Shown: one piece after another, positions 32,348 through 41,593 of the stretch
How the letters are laid out: each line of letters begins with the position of its first letter
Position numbering within the stretch: position 1 is the first letter of the stretch
Translations under genes and position numbers: made by a program
Origin: an uncultured delta proteobacterium
GTDB lineage: Bacteria; Desulfobacterota; Desulfobacteria; Desulfobacterales; SG8-13
DNA length: 64,000 bases
Direction: 5' to 3'
NCBI GenBank assembly: GCA_963848135.1
Contig: CAWKCK010000005.1
Span: 434,001 to 498,000 of the forward strand
The notes under the pieces: generated by a model
Seen by the model: the letters and a program-made list of their open reading frames with translations, nothing else
Told to the model about the DNA's origin: nothing
Database searches by the model: none

Positions 32348-32698
32348 ATGAATAAAATCATAGTGAGCGGTATTTATCTGTTGATGTCGATCATAAGCGC
32401 CGATTCCGCACTCTCCTCGGGTATGGGCATTCGATGCGGGGGGGATCTGGTTTCGCCGGGCTACTTGAAATATGAAGTGTTTCAAAGCTGCGGTGAGCCG
32501 CTCTCGAGAGAAATTGTCGGAGAAGTCGAATCCGGAGATTCCGGCAGTATCTACGATCGCCGTGACAACCGATTTAATGATCGGAGTCGCCGGGTTTACC
32601 TCTATTTGGAAGAATGGCTTTATAAGACAGATGGCCTCTATGTATTGCGATTCGAGGGAAATACGCTTGTCAACGTTGAGTCGGTGCGGCCGAAATAA
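32348..32698 (+). CDS. DUF2845-like secreted protein
   Basis: Signal peptide; RCGGDLVSPG...CGEP...EEWLY...LRFEG. Confidence 0.75.
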   Translation: MNKIIVSGIYLLMSIISADSALSSGMGIRCGGDLVSPGYLKYEVFQSCGEPLSREIVGEVESGDSGSIYDRRDNRFNDRSRRVYLYLEEWLYKTDGLYVLRFEGNTLVNVESVRPK

Positions 32699-32838
32699 AC
32701 CGATTCGAGTCGGAAATTGGCGCATTTGTCTAAAGTCTGTTAAAAGAAACCGACAAAATGGTGAAATGAGCGAGACAGATTGCTGACCCAGTGCAGCCAA
32801 AAAATATCAAGCAATTCAAAGGCCTCCGAGGAACCTCA

Positions 32839-33492
32839 ATGGCCCCAAACGAACGCAATGTCCTGATCACCACCTGTTTTGGACACTTTCTCAGCCACTT
32901 CAACATGCTGGTATTTCCCGCTGTGATGCTGCCATTGGCCACGCGCCTGAATCTGCCTCTGGCAGAGGTGCTGGGCATCTCTTTCTGGATGTATTTGCTC
33001 TTCGGCATCACCGCCCTTCCATGGGGATTGGTGGCCGACCACTTCGGGGCCAAACCATTGATGGCGGTCTTTTATGGCGGAGCCGGACTCTGCGGCCTGG
33101 CCGCGGCTGGCTGGATCGATACGCCCGGTTCGTTAACCCTGGCGCTGGCAGGCATCGGCCTGTTTTCAGGGATCTATCATCCGGCCGGTCTGGGGCTGAT
33201 CTCCAAACAAATCACACGTATCAGTTACGGTATGGGCATCAATGGCATGTTCGGTAATCTGGGGCTGGCCACCGCACCGCTGGTGGCCGGCATGGTCACA
33301 TGGTTTTGGGGACCGCAGGCGGCTTACCTGGTTTTGGGCGGCGTTAACCTGATGGGCCTGATCGTAATGATGTTGTTGCCTTTGCCCATCGGTACGAACG
33401 TTCCAGCCAAAGCTGCGGGCCAAAACAGCAGTTTTCGTCGTAAAAATATGAGAGGATTATCTTTATATTGTGCCAGTATAACCCTCGGCTAA
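32839..33492 (+). pseudogene. MFS transporter, N-terminal half only
   Basis: GHFLSH, WGLVADHFGAK, GIYHPAG motifs; about 6 TM then unrelated sequence and stop; no second half follows. Confidence 0.7.
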
Positions 33493-33559
33493 AACCGGAT
33501 TCCTAAAAAGTCGAGGCCATGCAGTGCTAAGGAACGCATAATAAAAGAGGAGGTTTCAA

Positions 33560-34024
33560 ATGGCAGGATTAAAAACCGGTGACAAGGCACCGGCATTCAA
33601 GGCTCAGGACCAGAATGGCAACACGGTGAAACTGGCTGATTTTAAGGGTCGCAAGCTGCTCGTTTATTTCTACCCCAAAGCCAACACTTCCGGCTGAACC
33701 ACTCAGGCCCAAGCGGTGCGGGATGCACTGCCCGAACTGGAGCGTCTTGGTGTGGCGGCTGTCGGTATCAGCCCGGACACTCCCCAACAGCAGAAAAATT
33801 TCGATGACAAATACCAGCTCGGTTTTCCGTTACTCAGCGATACCGAGCATCAGATTGCCGAATCTTTCGGCGTATGGGGGGAAAAGAAAATGTACGGCAA
33901 GACCTTCATGGGGATCGTGCGATCTTCTTTTCTGGTCGATGAAAACGGAAAAATTACTTCGGCTTGGTATAAGATCAGTCCGAAAGATACGGTACCAGAA
34001 CTCTTTAAGGTGATCGGCATCTAA
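33560..34024 (+). CDS. bcp: BCP/PrxQ peroxiredoxin, selenocysteine-containing (UGA at 33695-33697)
   Basis: [27 protein letters not shown] places UGA at the peroxidatic Cys of PxxxTxxC; frame continues to GISPD, LLSD, GIVRSSF. Confidence 0.9.
33713..33731 (+). promoter_or_regulatory. Putative bacterial SECIS hairpin
   Basis: Stem GCGGTGC/GCACTGC with loop GGGAT, starting 15 nt after the in-frame UGA. Confidence 0.6.
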
Positions 34025-34127
34025 TCTCAAATTGACATGCATGCTTATCATGGAATGCAGAAAAGGCAGTGTCATCTTGACCCTGCCTTTTCTGCACCTC
34101 AATAGGGGCTGAAATGGTATATAGGGT

Positions 34128-34556
34128 TTAGATGGGATTACCACCATTCAAACCGAGAATCTGGCCCGCTTCAAGGGGAAGCTTCCCCACGGTATATGGA
34201 ATGTCAATACCTGTAATTTTGATGCGATACACTTCTCCTGGCGTTAGCCAGCAGATGCTGAAATCGGTGTCACCACCCGTTATTGTTTTCGACACTTCAA
34301 GCTGAGTAAATTCTTTATAGGCCGCAATATCAGGTTGGTATACGGAAACAGTCACAACGGCATCGGTATCCAGTAAAAAGGAAGCGTTATTGATGGACCC
34401 ATAAATGGCAGCCGTCTTGGAGGTATCGACAAGGTGTAGGACGGGATTGCATCGATTTTCAAAGGGGTTGAATGAACTGTTACTGCCAGAACCAGAATCT
34501 GTCGATAACAAGACCGCGCCGATACATACTGCAAAGAATATTTTTATAAGCTTCAT
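34128..34556 (-). CDS. Secreted hypothetical protein, possibly an internally deleted DUF4382-like remnant
   Basis: Signal peptide, Gly/Ser linker, then PVLHLVDT and a beta-rich domain; GGAG RBS. Confidence 0.45.
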   Translation of the reverse strand: MKLIKIFFAVCIGAVLLSTDSGSGSNSSFNPFENRCNPVLHLVDTSKTAAIYGSINNASFLLDTDAVVTVSVYQPDIAAYKEFTQLEVSKTITGGDTDFSICWLTPGEVYRIKITGIDIPYTVGKLPLEAGQILGLNGGNPI

Positions 34557-34941
34557 TTTATATCTCCGGTCATACGCAGATAAATTCCATCGACAAGGAG
34601 TGAAAGTGGTTGTTTCGTATACTGGTCTCTTTACCCTTTTTGACTGTGATGGAATAATTCCTAATCTTTCTCACATGCAAAACACATACCATTTAGGTGC
34701 TATTAGGTTTATTCATAATAACCTCTGGATGTTAATCCCTTAAATTTTCACGAACTTGAAAAGTGGTGAGAGAAGTTTGAGTGGTATAACTCAATTTTCT
34801 TGTGGATTCTCACCCAGTAAAAACGTGGGTTAGGCTTGCGGGTAGGATTAAGTATGCGCTGTTATTTTAATATCTTGTTATTATTTTTAGCTAACCTGGA
34901 AACCGAACCGGGTATTACTATAAATATAGTATGTGAAGAAT

Positions 34942-35039
34942 TATAACGTTTTCCAAAATTTAATTCCGAAATTCGGAAGGGTGGTATAAATGATTGAAGA
35001 AAAAACACTCTAATGACGGTAGGATTTTTTGACAACCAC
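34942..35039 (+). repeat. Two-hairpin intergenic repeat family C, copy 1
   Basis: AATTCCGAAATTCGGAAGGGTGGTAT...AAAAAAC...ACGG...TTTTTTGACAACCAC shared with three other copies. Confidence 0.75.
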
Positions 35040-35286
35040 AGAAAATGTTCATTTAAAGCCGCACATTGTCAATTATTCGTCAGGCAATGAAATAATTCGA
35101 TACTCTCAGGAGTAATTTCCGTCTGGCGTGGCATATTATACAAGAAATCACATGAGCTTTTCTTTCTGAAATCATGAAGTGTTTTTCATATTTATCTATA
35201 AAATACTTCTCATGTCTCAATCCACTCGTATCCTAACGCGCGCGTAACAACCCGTAATATAATATAAAATCTTCATCCCTTCTCTT

Positions 35287-35302
35287 TGGCACAATCATTG
35301 TA
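35287..35302 (+). promoter_or_regulatory. Possible sigma54 -24/-12 promoter
   Basis: TGGCAC-AATCA-TTGTA (one mismatch at -12) about 75 bp upstream of the lytic transglycosylase. Confidence 0.4.
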
Positions 35303-35376
35303 TTGGCTGGTATGAACTTAATACAATTATCAACCTGGCCGTGAACCCTCTTCGGTCTTACTTAAAAGGTAGTCAT

Positions 35377-36936
35377 ATGATGCGCCATCTGAATATAATT
35401 AAAATAATTAAATTTAGTAAGTTGAAGATAACGTGGATCGGAATCTATATGCTGGGGGCGATCGTCATTCTGCCTGCGCTGGGGTATGCTGATTTTGATC
35501 GAAATAATTTCCTCACAACCAGTACAAGTACTTTCGGTTACTTAAAAAATCCCGCACAAAAAGATTATTACTTTTATAACGCCTTTGCCGTCGAAACCGC
35601 ACTCATTGGACAAACAAAAGAAAAAGGAGTGCCCGAACAACTGTACGATGAAGAAATCGTCTTTGAAGAAAAATATATCCCTTCAGAAAAAATTGCGCAC
35701 CAGATAATGGAACAAGCCCTCGTGCTTTGTCAGATATCTCAGGAATACCGGCAAAAAAATGAACTTGATAAAGCCATCGAATTACTAGATCAGGCCTATT
35801 TACTTATACTGGGTATCAATACGTATGTGAGTGAAGACTTGATCCAGCAAAAAGAAGATTTGCGATTTATGATCTCAAAGCGCATCATCGAGATATATGC
35901 CTCCCGTGAGATCATTATAGACGGCAGCCAAAATGAAATACCGGTCGTTATAAACAAACAGGTCCAATACGAGGTAGACCTTTACACGAAGGGTGACCTA
36001 AGAAATCATTTCATTGCTTCGTACAGAAGATCAGGGAAGTACCGTCAGATGATTGTCGATCGGTTGAAAGAAGAAGGTCTTCCAGAAGAGCTCTCGTGGT
36101 TGCCGTTAATTGAGAGTGGATTTAGGGTCAAGGCGCTGTCAAAGTCCCGCGCTTTAGGTTTGTGGCAATTTATACCCTCGACAGGATACAGGTTCGGGCT
36201 CAGTCGCAACCGGTACATCGATGAGCGTTTAGATCCGGAGAAATCTACCCAGGCTGCGATTGGATATTTGAAAGAACTTCACAGTCACTTCGGAGATTGG
36301 GCCACTGCACTGGCAGCTTATAATTGTGGAGAAAACCGGGTTTTGAGAGTTATTCGCAATCAGAAAATTAACTATTTAGATAATTTCTGGGATCTCTATG
36401 CAACCTTGCCTCAGGAAACGGCGCGTTATGTGCCAAAATTTTTAGCAACATTGCACATTGTAAAAAACTTGGAAAAATATGGTCTGGATAAAATCGAGAT
36501 CGAACCCCCGTTAAAATTTGAATCCCTGGTAGTCGCAAAAAAGATTCACCTGAAAAGTGTCGCTCAAATTACAGGAATCGATAGAGACGACTTAGAAGAG
36601 CTTAACCCCGAACTTAGACAATACATTTTACCCGGTGGAAACTATCGGCTGAGGATACCCAGGGGAAAGAAGCAGTTACTGCTCGATGACCATGATCAGA
36701 TTCTGCGGCTGAATCCTGCACGTGTCAGTTTCCTCAAACACAGGGTGCAAACTGGGGAAACCTTGTCCTTGATTGCCCATCGCTACCGCACCAGTGTGTC
36801 AAACATAATGCTGGCAAACGATTTGCGCAGTGCAAACCATATCGTGACCGGTAAAACGCTCAAAATACCCCAAAAGAAGAAATCTTCCCAACAAAATGAA
36901 AATGCCAAATTGATAGTCGACAACAGCCAAGGTTAG
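35377..36936 (+). CDS. MltD-like lytic transglycosylase with LysM domain
   Basis: LPLIESG, ALGLWQFIPSTG, ALAAYNCGE, ETARYVPKF; C-terminal LysM HRVQTGETLSLIA; start uncertain. Confidence 0.9.
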   Translation: MMRHLNIIKIIKFSKLKITWIGIYMLGAIVILPALGYADFDRNNFLTTSTSTFGYLKNPAQKDYYFYNAFAVETALIGQTKEKGVPEQLYDEEIVFEEKYIPSEKIAHQIMEQALVLCQISQEYRQKNELDKAIELLDQAYLLILGINTYVSEDLIQQKEDLRFMISKRIIEIYASREIIIDGSQNEIPVVINKQVQYEVDLYTKGDLRNHFIASYRRSGKYRQMIVDRLKEEGLPEELSWLPLIESGFRVKALSKSRALGLWQFIPSTGYRFGLSRNRYIDERLDPEKSTQAAIGYLKELHSHFGDWATALAAYNCGENRVLRVIRNQKINYLDNFWDLYATLPQETARYVPKFLATLHIVKNLEKYGLDKIEIEPPLKFESLVVAKKIHLKSVAQITGIDRDDLEELNPELRQYILPGGNYRLRIPRGKKQLLLDDHDQILRLNPARVSFLKHRVQTGETLSLIAHRYRTSVSNIMLANDLRSANHIVTGKTLKIPQKKKSSQQNENAKLIVDNSQG

Positions 36937-37069
36937 CACTTTAGAATATTGACTGATATCCAGATTCGTCAACTGGATGCTCCTGGATGCGGATAAATTC
37001 GTCTATCTTCTTTCCGCCAACCACATTAAACCCCTTAACGGTTTCTTTGTCTGGAATCCCGTTTTTTAT

Positions 37070-37194
37070 CATTTCTTTTGTTGTCGGGCACTTGAAGTAC
37101 AGGAGTACGTCTGCGCGCCCGACGCCTTGCATCCGAGGCACCTGTAAACGCTTACATTTGTGGACTTAGACGTTGCAACCCTGTGAACCGATAT
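37070..37194 (-). mobile_element. IS66-like MITE (family B), copy 3, truncated
   Basis: Reverse complement reads TATCGGTTCACAGGGTTGCAACGTC...CAAGGCGTCGGGCGCGCAGACGTAC..TGTACTTCAAGTGCCCGACAACAAA. Confidence 0.75.
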
Positions 37195-37584
37195 GCTGAT
37201 TTATGTACGAGTATACGCGCTGACGTCGCTGATCACCCCTTCCTCCTAAAGGATCAAGATTATTTTCCGACAGTTCGACTATTCACGCTTCCAGCAATCC
37301 GAATATACAGGCGAATTGTCGCTGATAAAATTTATCCGACCTATGCTTATCTGCAGCGTTTGGCAGATGGTCCGACACCCCACAGTTGCTGGGCGCTGAA
37401 TACTTTCACCCGTTGAGATATTCCGGTGAGCGAGGGCCAACTGATATTATCGGGTCCTCAGAAATAGAACTGCCAAACCCGATACAGGATATCTCTTGAC
37501 ACCCCGATACCGACTCGTTACCTTAGGAAGAATTAATTTTAAATGGTGATATCAAACAGTTAAACAAAATATGCTCCCAATACG

Positions 37585-38487
37585 ATGCCCAAGACATTGA
37601 CTAAACGAATCGGATGGGTGGCGTTCGGCCTGCTGGTATGGCTCACCTCCTCTGTACCGCTGTTCGGCAGTGCCACCGATATCTTGAAATACGACCTGCA
37701 ACAGGCGCGGGAGAAGCTGCATACGAACCTGGCCTTCAGAGACCGTATTGCCACGGAAATGAAAACGCTCGAGCAGTCCAACAATCCCGATCCCGGCACA
37801 GTCGCCGCTTATAGAGACTATTTGGACCAAGTGGATGCAATGGTGGCGCAGGACCGCAAATCGGTGGCTCAACTCGAGGCCCTGGTTGCCAAATATGATG
37901 CGCCTGCGGTATCATTGCCAATGGAATCGGGCGCTGACACCCAACAAACGCTGGACCCGAACATTCCCGAGGAGCAGGTCTCGGATGAAGTGGCCGCTTT
38001 AGACCGAAAATTGGATTCTTCCCTGGCAACTTTCGATTCCATGCTTCTGAAGGAGTTGGAGTTGATCCGTGCCAAGTCCACGGCTCGAATGCGGGACCTG
38101 ACTGAAGAAGCCGCCGCCGCCGCGGAGCGCCTAAAAGAAAAGGGTATCGATCTGGAATACGAATCCTCGTCTGGTTCCACTGAAACCGAAGATGACACCC
38201 AAAGACAGGATCGCTCTGAAAACTCAGAATCCTCCACCGATGAAGCTTCATCGTCCCAAGATGCCCGTACGGGAGAAAATCAGGTCGTCAAGGATCCGTC
38301 AGCACAACAGCAAACCGGTACGGGGGGAACCCCGCGGGACCGTGATGACCGTACTTCCGGCCAAGACGACGACATCGTCGCTCGGCAGCTGCGAGAAGCG
38401 GCCGAGAGAGAAACCGATCCGGAACTCAAAGCAAAACTTTGGAAAGAATATGAAGCGTACAAAAAAAACCGTAAGCAAATTGATTGA
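37585..38487 (+). CDS. Exported coiled-coil protein with acidic low-complexity linker and helical C-terminal motif
   Basis: Signal/TM helix; heptad-rich region; Ser/Glu/Asp tract; C-terminus DDDIVARQLREAAERETDPELKAKLWKEY. Confidence 0.8.
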   Translation: MPKTLTKRIGWVAFGLLVWLTSSVPLFGSATDILKYDLQQAREKLHTNLAFRDRIATEMKTLEQSNNPDPGTVAAYRDYLDQVDAMVAQDRKSVAQLEALVAKYDAPAVSLPMESGADTQQTLDPNIPEEQVSDEVAALDRKLDSSLATFDSMLLKELELIRAKSTARMRDLTEEAAAAAERLKEKGIDLEYESSSGSTETEDDTQRQDRSENSESSTDEASSSQDARTGENQVVKDPSAQQQTGTGGTPRDRDDRTSGQDDDIVARQLREAAERETDPELKAKLWKEYEAYKKNRKQID

Positions 38488-38506
38488 GTTTTCCTGCCAT
38501 GTTCCG

Positions 38507-39760
38507 ATGAATTTGTTGACCCGCCGTAAAAAGCGCATCCAGCCATTTTTTTTTCTGGTGGCAATAACCGTTCTCGTATTTCTCTCCGGTTGTGCCACGA
38601 CACTCCGCACACAAAAAGTCGTCCCTACCCAGATCCTACAGGCCCAGGAAGAAATTCCGGAAGATCAGCTGTTGGATGTCGGTATTCTTGTGTTTGACAC
38701 CAAAGAGATCACGGCAGAGTCCGCGGACAAGGAAAGAACGACGCCTGAGGTTCGAAAAGCGGAATCGAATTACATGCCCAACCACCTGAAAAACACACTG
38801 CAACAGAGCAGCCAGTGGGGAGCGGTGCGGGTTATTCCGAATGAGACCGCCAGCAATGATGTTGTGGTAAAAGGAAAAATCGTCAAATCTAACGGAGAGA
38901 AATTGGTGATGGAAGTTGAAATCATCGATGCCACCGGCACCGAATGGTTTCGAAAATCCTACGCCATGGGCGCCAATCGAGCAACGTACGCTAACACCCA
39001 AAAGGGAAAGAAAGACGCCTTTCAGGACTTGTACAACACGATTGCCAACGACATGGCAAATTACAAACAACGCCTGTCTCCAGAGGCGATTCTAAACATC
39101 CGAACGGTTTCTCAGTTGAAATTCGCGGAAGATTTCGCACCGGTTGCCTTTACCGGCTATTTGACCGTGGATAAAGGCGACAAGTTTACCATCACTCGCC
39201 TACCGGCCGATGACGATCCCATGGTGCGGCGATTACACAGAATAAGGGAAAGAGAATACATGTATGTGGATGTGCTCAACAATTACTACGAGGAATTTTA
39301 CAATGAAATGTGGTCGCCTTACGAAAATTGGCGTCATCTGAGTTTCGATGAGCTCGCAGCCATGAAGAAAATCAAGCGCGATGCTCTGCTGCGCCAACTG
39401 GCCGGTGCTTTAATGATCGCCGGAGCGGTTGCGCTGGGCGTCAGCGATATCGACAATACGGCCGTATTACAGACTGGAATGATCATTCTCGGTGGTCAGG
39501 TTCTCATCAACGGATTTAACATTTCCAAAGAGGCGCAAATTCACTCCGAAGCTATCAAGGAATTGAGCGAATCATTTGGAAGCGAGATGAAACCTGTGGT
39601 GATGGAGTTTGAAGGAAAACAATACGAATTGACCGGTTCCGCTCAAGAGCAGTTTGATGCCTGGCGAAAACTGTTGCGCCAGATTTACTATGCCGAGACT
39701 GGTTTTGGGCCGGATGGGTCCAGTGACCCGGAGAACCCGGCACTGTCGACCGATCCCTAA
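38507..39760 (+). CDS. Lipoprotein of unknown function
   Basis: Basic N-terminus, hydrophobic core, lipobox LSGC; late Gly/Ala-rich hydrophobic hairpin. Confidence 0.8.
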   Translation: MNLLTRRKKRIQPFFFLVAITVLVFLSGCATTLRTQKVVPTQILQAQEEIPEDQLLDVGILVFDTKEITAESADKERTTPEVRKAESNYMPNHLKNTLQQSSQWGAVRVIPNETASNDVVVKGKIVKSNGEKLVMEVEIIDATGTEWFRKSYAMGANRATYANTQKGKKDAFQDLYNTIANDMANYKQRLSPEAILNIRTVSQLKFAEDFAPVAFTGYLTVDKGDKFTITRLPADDDPMVRRLHRIREREYMYVDVLNNYYEEFYNEMWSPYENWRHLSFDELAAMKKIKRDALLRQLAGALMIAGAVALGVSDIDNTAVLQTGMIILGGQVLINGFNISKEAQIHSEAIKELSESFGSEMKPVVMEFEGKQYELTGSAQEQFDAWRKLLRQIYYAETGFGPDGSSDPENPALSTDP

Positions 39761-39858
39761 TCCGCATCATTCCACCGTATTTTTCATCCCTGCGGATAAG
39801 AAGATGACACGATACGTGTGAAAATACCCTGCTGGTAAACTTTGAAGGCGGTTTTATA

Positions 39859-39950
39859 GTGGATGTTAAAAATTCGTTCCGTTATTCGATTTTTTCCACC
39901 AACCTCTGATGCCATCCGTATTTCGGAATTTATTATCGAAAAGCGGTATA
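39859..39950 (-). repeat. Repeat family C, copy 2
   Basis: Reverse complement TATACCGCTTTTC..AATAAATTCCGAAATACGGA...TCGAATAACGGAACG..TTTTTAACATCCAC. Confidence 0.7.
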
Positions 39951-40034
39951 GTTATTTGATTGATGGCCCAGGATAATAGTCCACCGCTTGAACTCTTGAA
40001 ATAAATCTGGGAATAAGAAACGCGTCGGAAAATC

Positions 40035-41582
40035 ATGCCGCACCCATCGCGAAAAAAAGGCGCCTCGGAAAGGGCCGCCGCCGAAGTCATCGTTCCCCAG
40101 TCCATTCAAAGACCAAACAACTTGCCGGACCACCCTCCGCCTGGAAGACACCGCCATCGGATTGTTCCTTTGTTTGGCTTGATAGTGATGACTGTCATTG
40201 CACTGGGTGGATGGCTGCTGTACCACTTAAAAACCCACCCCAATATATCAGAACCGATGACCATCTCACCTGTCGCCAATGATAAAGGCAGCACGGTTCC
40301 ATCGGATTCGATAAACACCCCCACCGCTGGTCCGGGTTTAACCGAAACGCCAGAACAGGAGGTGGAGAAAACACAAACCGCACCGCACGCTGAACTATCT
40401 AAAATCGTATCGAACCTTGAGGACAAAGGCGTCGCCGAATGGGGCGAGCCGTTATACTCAGAAATGATCAGCCTGGTGCGGGAGGGTGACACGCTGCTTT
40501 CGCAAAACGCCGATATTGCCGCAAATGACCGTTACACTGCCGCCCTCGAAAAGGCCAACCGGCTAAAAAGTGGATCACCGGCAGCTCTGCAGCGATTCAT
40601 CGAAGAGGGACTGGCGGCACTGGCCAGAGGGAGCGGCCAGACAGCGCGGGACAAATTCCAAGCCGCCCTTTTGATAGACCCTGCCAACGCGGCTGCCCGC
40701 CGCGGCTTAGACAGAGCCGCACACGCCGAAACCGTGAAACGCCTCGTCGAATCGGGTACCAACCATGAGGGCGACAGAAAATACGCTTTGGCCCTGACCG
40801 ACTACGAGCAGGCATTGGCGCTGGATCCTGAAGCAGAGCAAGCGGTTACCGGTCGCAACCGGGTAACGGCAAGACTCGAACAAGAAAAGTTCAAGCAGCT
40901 GATGTCGGCGGGACTATCGGCTTTGAACCAAAGCGATCTACAGACGGCCCGATCCCGCCTGCTGGAGGCCAGCGTGATTCGACCGGATGATCGTGGAGTC
41001 GTCGATGCACTCGCACAGACGGATCAGGCCATGCGGCAGAAACGGATCGAGGCTCTGCACCGGACGGCCATTCGCGCCGAACAAGCGGAAGATTGGGAAC
41101 AGGCGTTGGTATCCTATCAAAATGTCCTAAAAGTGGACGGCAACATTCGCTTTGCCCTTCAGGGCGCAGCACGCTCTCAGGATTACATCCGTATAAACAA
41201 ACGGATCCGTTTTTTTCTCGAGAGGCCCACAGCTCTGGAAACCGATCGACAGCTTCAAAACGCGCTGTCTGTGCTCGATGAAACCGAGGGCTTAAAAACA
41301 AGGGGCCCTCAGTTGAACGCCCGCATCGATCAACTGAAAGCACTGGTTTTAGCGGCCCAGACACCGGTGCGCTTGATCATCGAGTCGGACAACTACACCG
41401 AGGTCGCCGTTTACAAGGTCGGAAAATTCGGTCGATTTACCGTTCGTGAGTTGATCCTCAGGCCAGGCACCTACACGGTGGTCGGTTCGCGGGAAGGCTA
41501 CCAGGATGTCAGAAAAACATTTCGGGCCGAACCCGGTCAGATACCTCAGCGCATATCAGTTATCTGCAAGGTCAAGGTGTAA
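40035..41582 (+). CDS. Membrane-anchored TPR-repeat protein with C-terminal PEGA-like beta domain
   Basis: One TM; TPR-like helices (ALLIDPANAAA, YEQALALDPE); C-terminal LRPGTYTVVGSREGYQD. Confidence 0.8.
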   Translation: MPHPSRKKGASERAAAEVIVPQSIQRPNNLPDHPPPGRHRHRIVPLFGLIVMTVIALGGWLLYHLKTHPNISEPMTISPVANDKGSTVPSDSINTPTAGPGLTETPEQEVEKTQTAPHAELSKIVSNLEDKGVAEWGEPLYSEMISLVREGDTLLSQNADIAANDRYTAALEKANRLKSGSPAALQRFIEEGLAALARGSGQTARDKFQAALLIDPANAAARRGLDRAAHAETVKRLVESGTNHEGDRKYALALTDYEQALALDPEAEQAVTGRNRVTARLEQEKFKQLMSAGLSALNQSDLQTARSRLLEASVIRPDDRGVVDALAQTDQAMRQKRIEALHRTAIRAEQAEDWEQALVSYQNVLKVDGNIRFALQGAARSQDYIRINKRIRFFLERPTALETDRQLQNALSVLDETEGLKTRGPQLNARIDQLKALVLAAQTPVRLIIESDNYTEVAVYKVGKFGRFTVRELILRPGTYTVVGSREGYQDVRKTFRAEPGQIPQRISVICKVKV

Positions 41583-41593
41583 GTATAGCGCAT

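Noticed and set aside
38192..38506. N-terminal extension of the 522-aa ORF
   Set aside because: Overlaps the upstream gene; the lipoprotein signal starts at Met 38507
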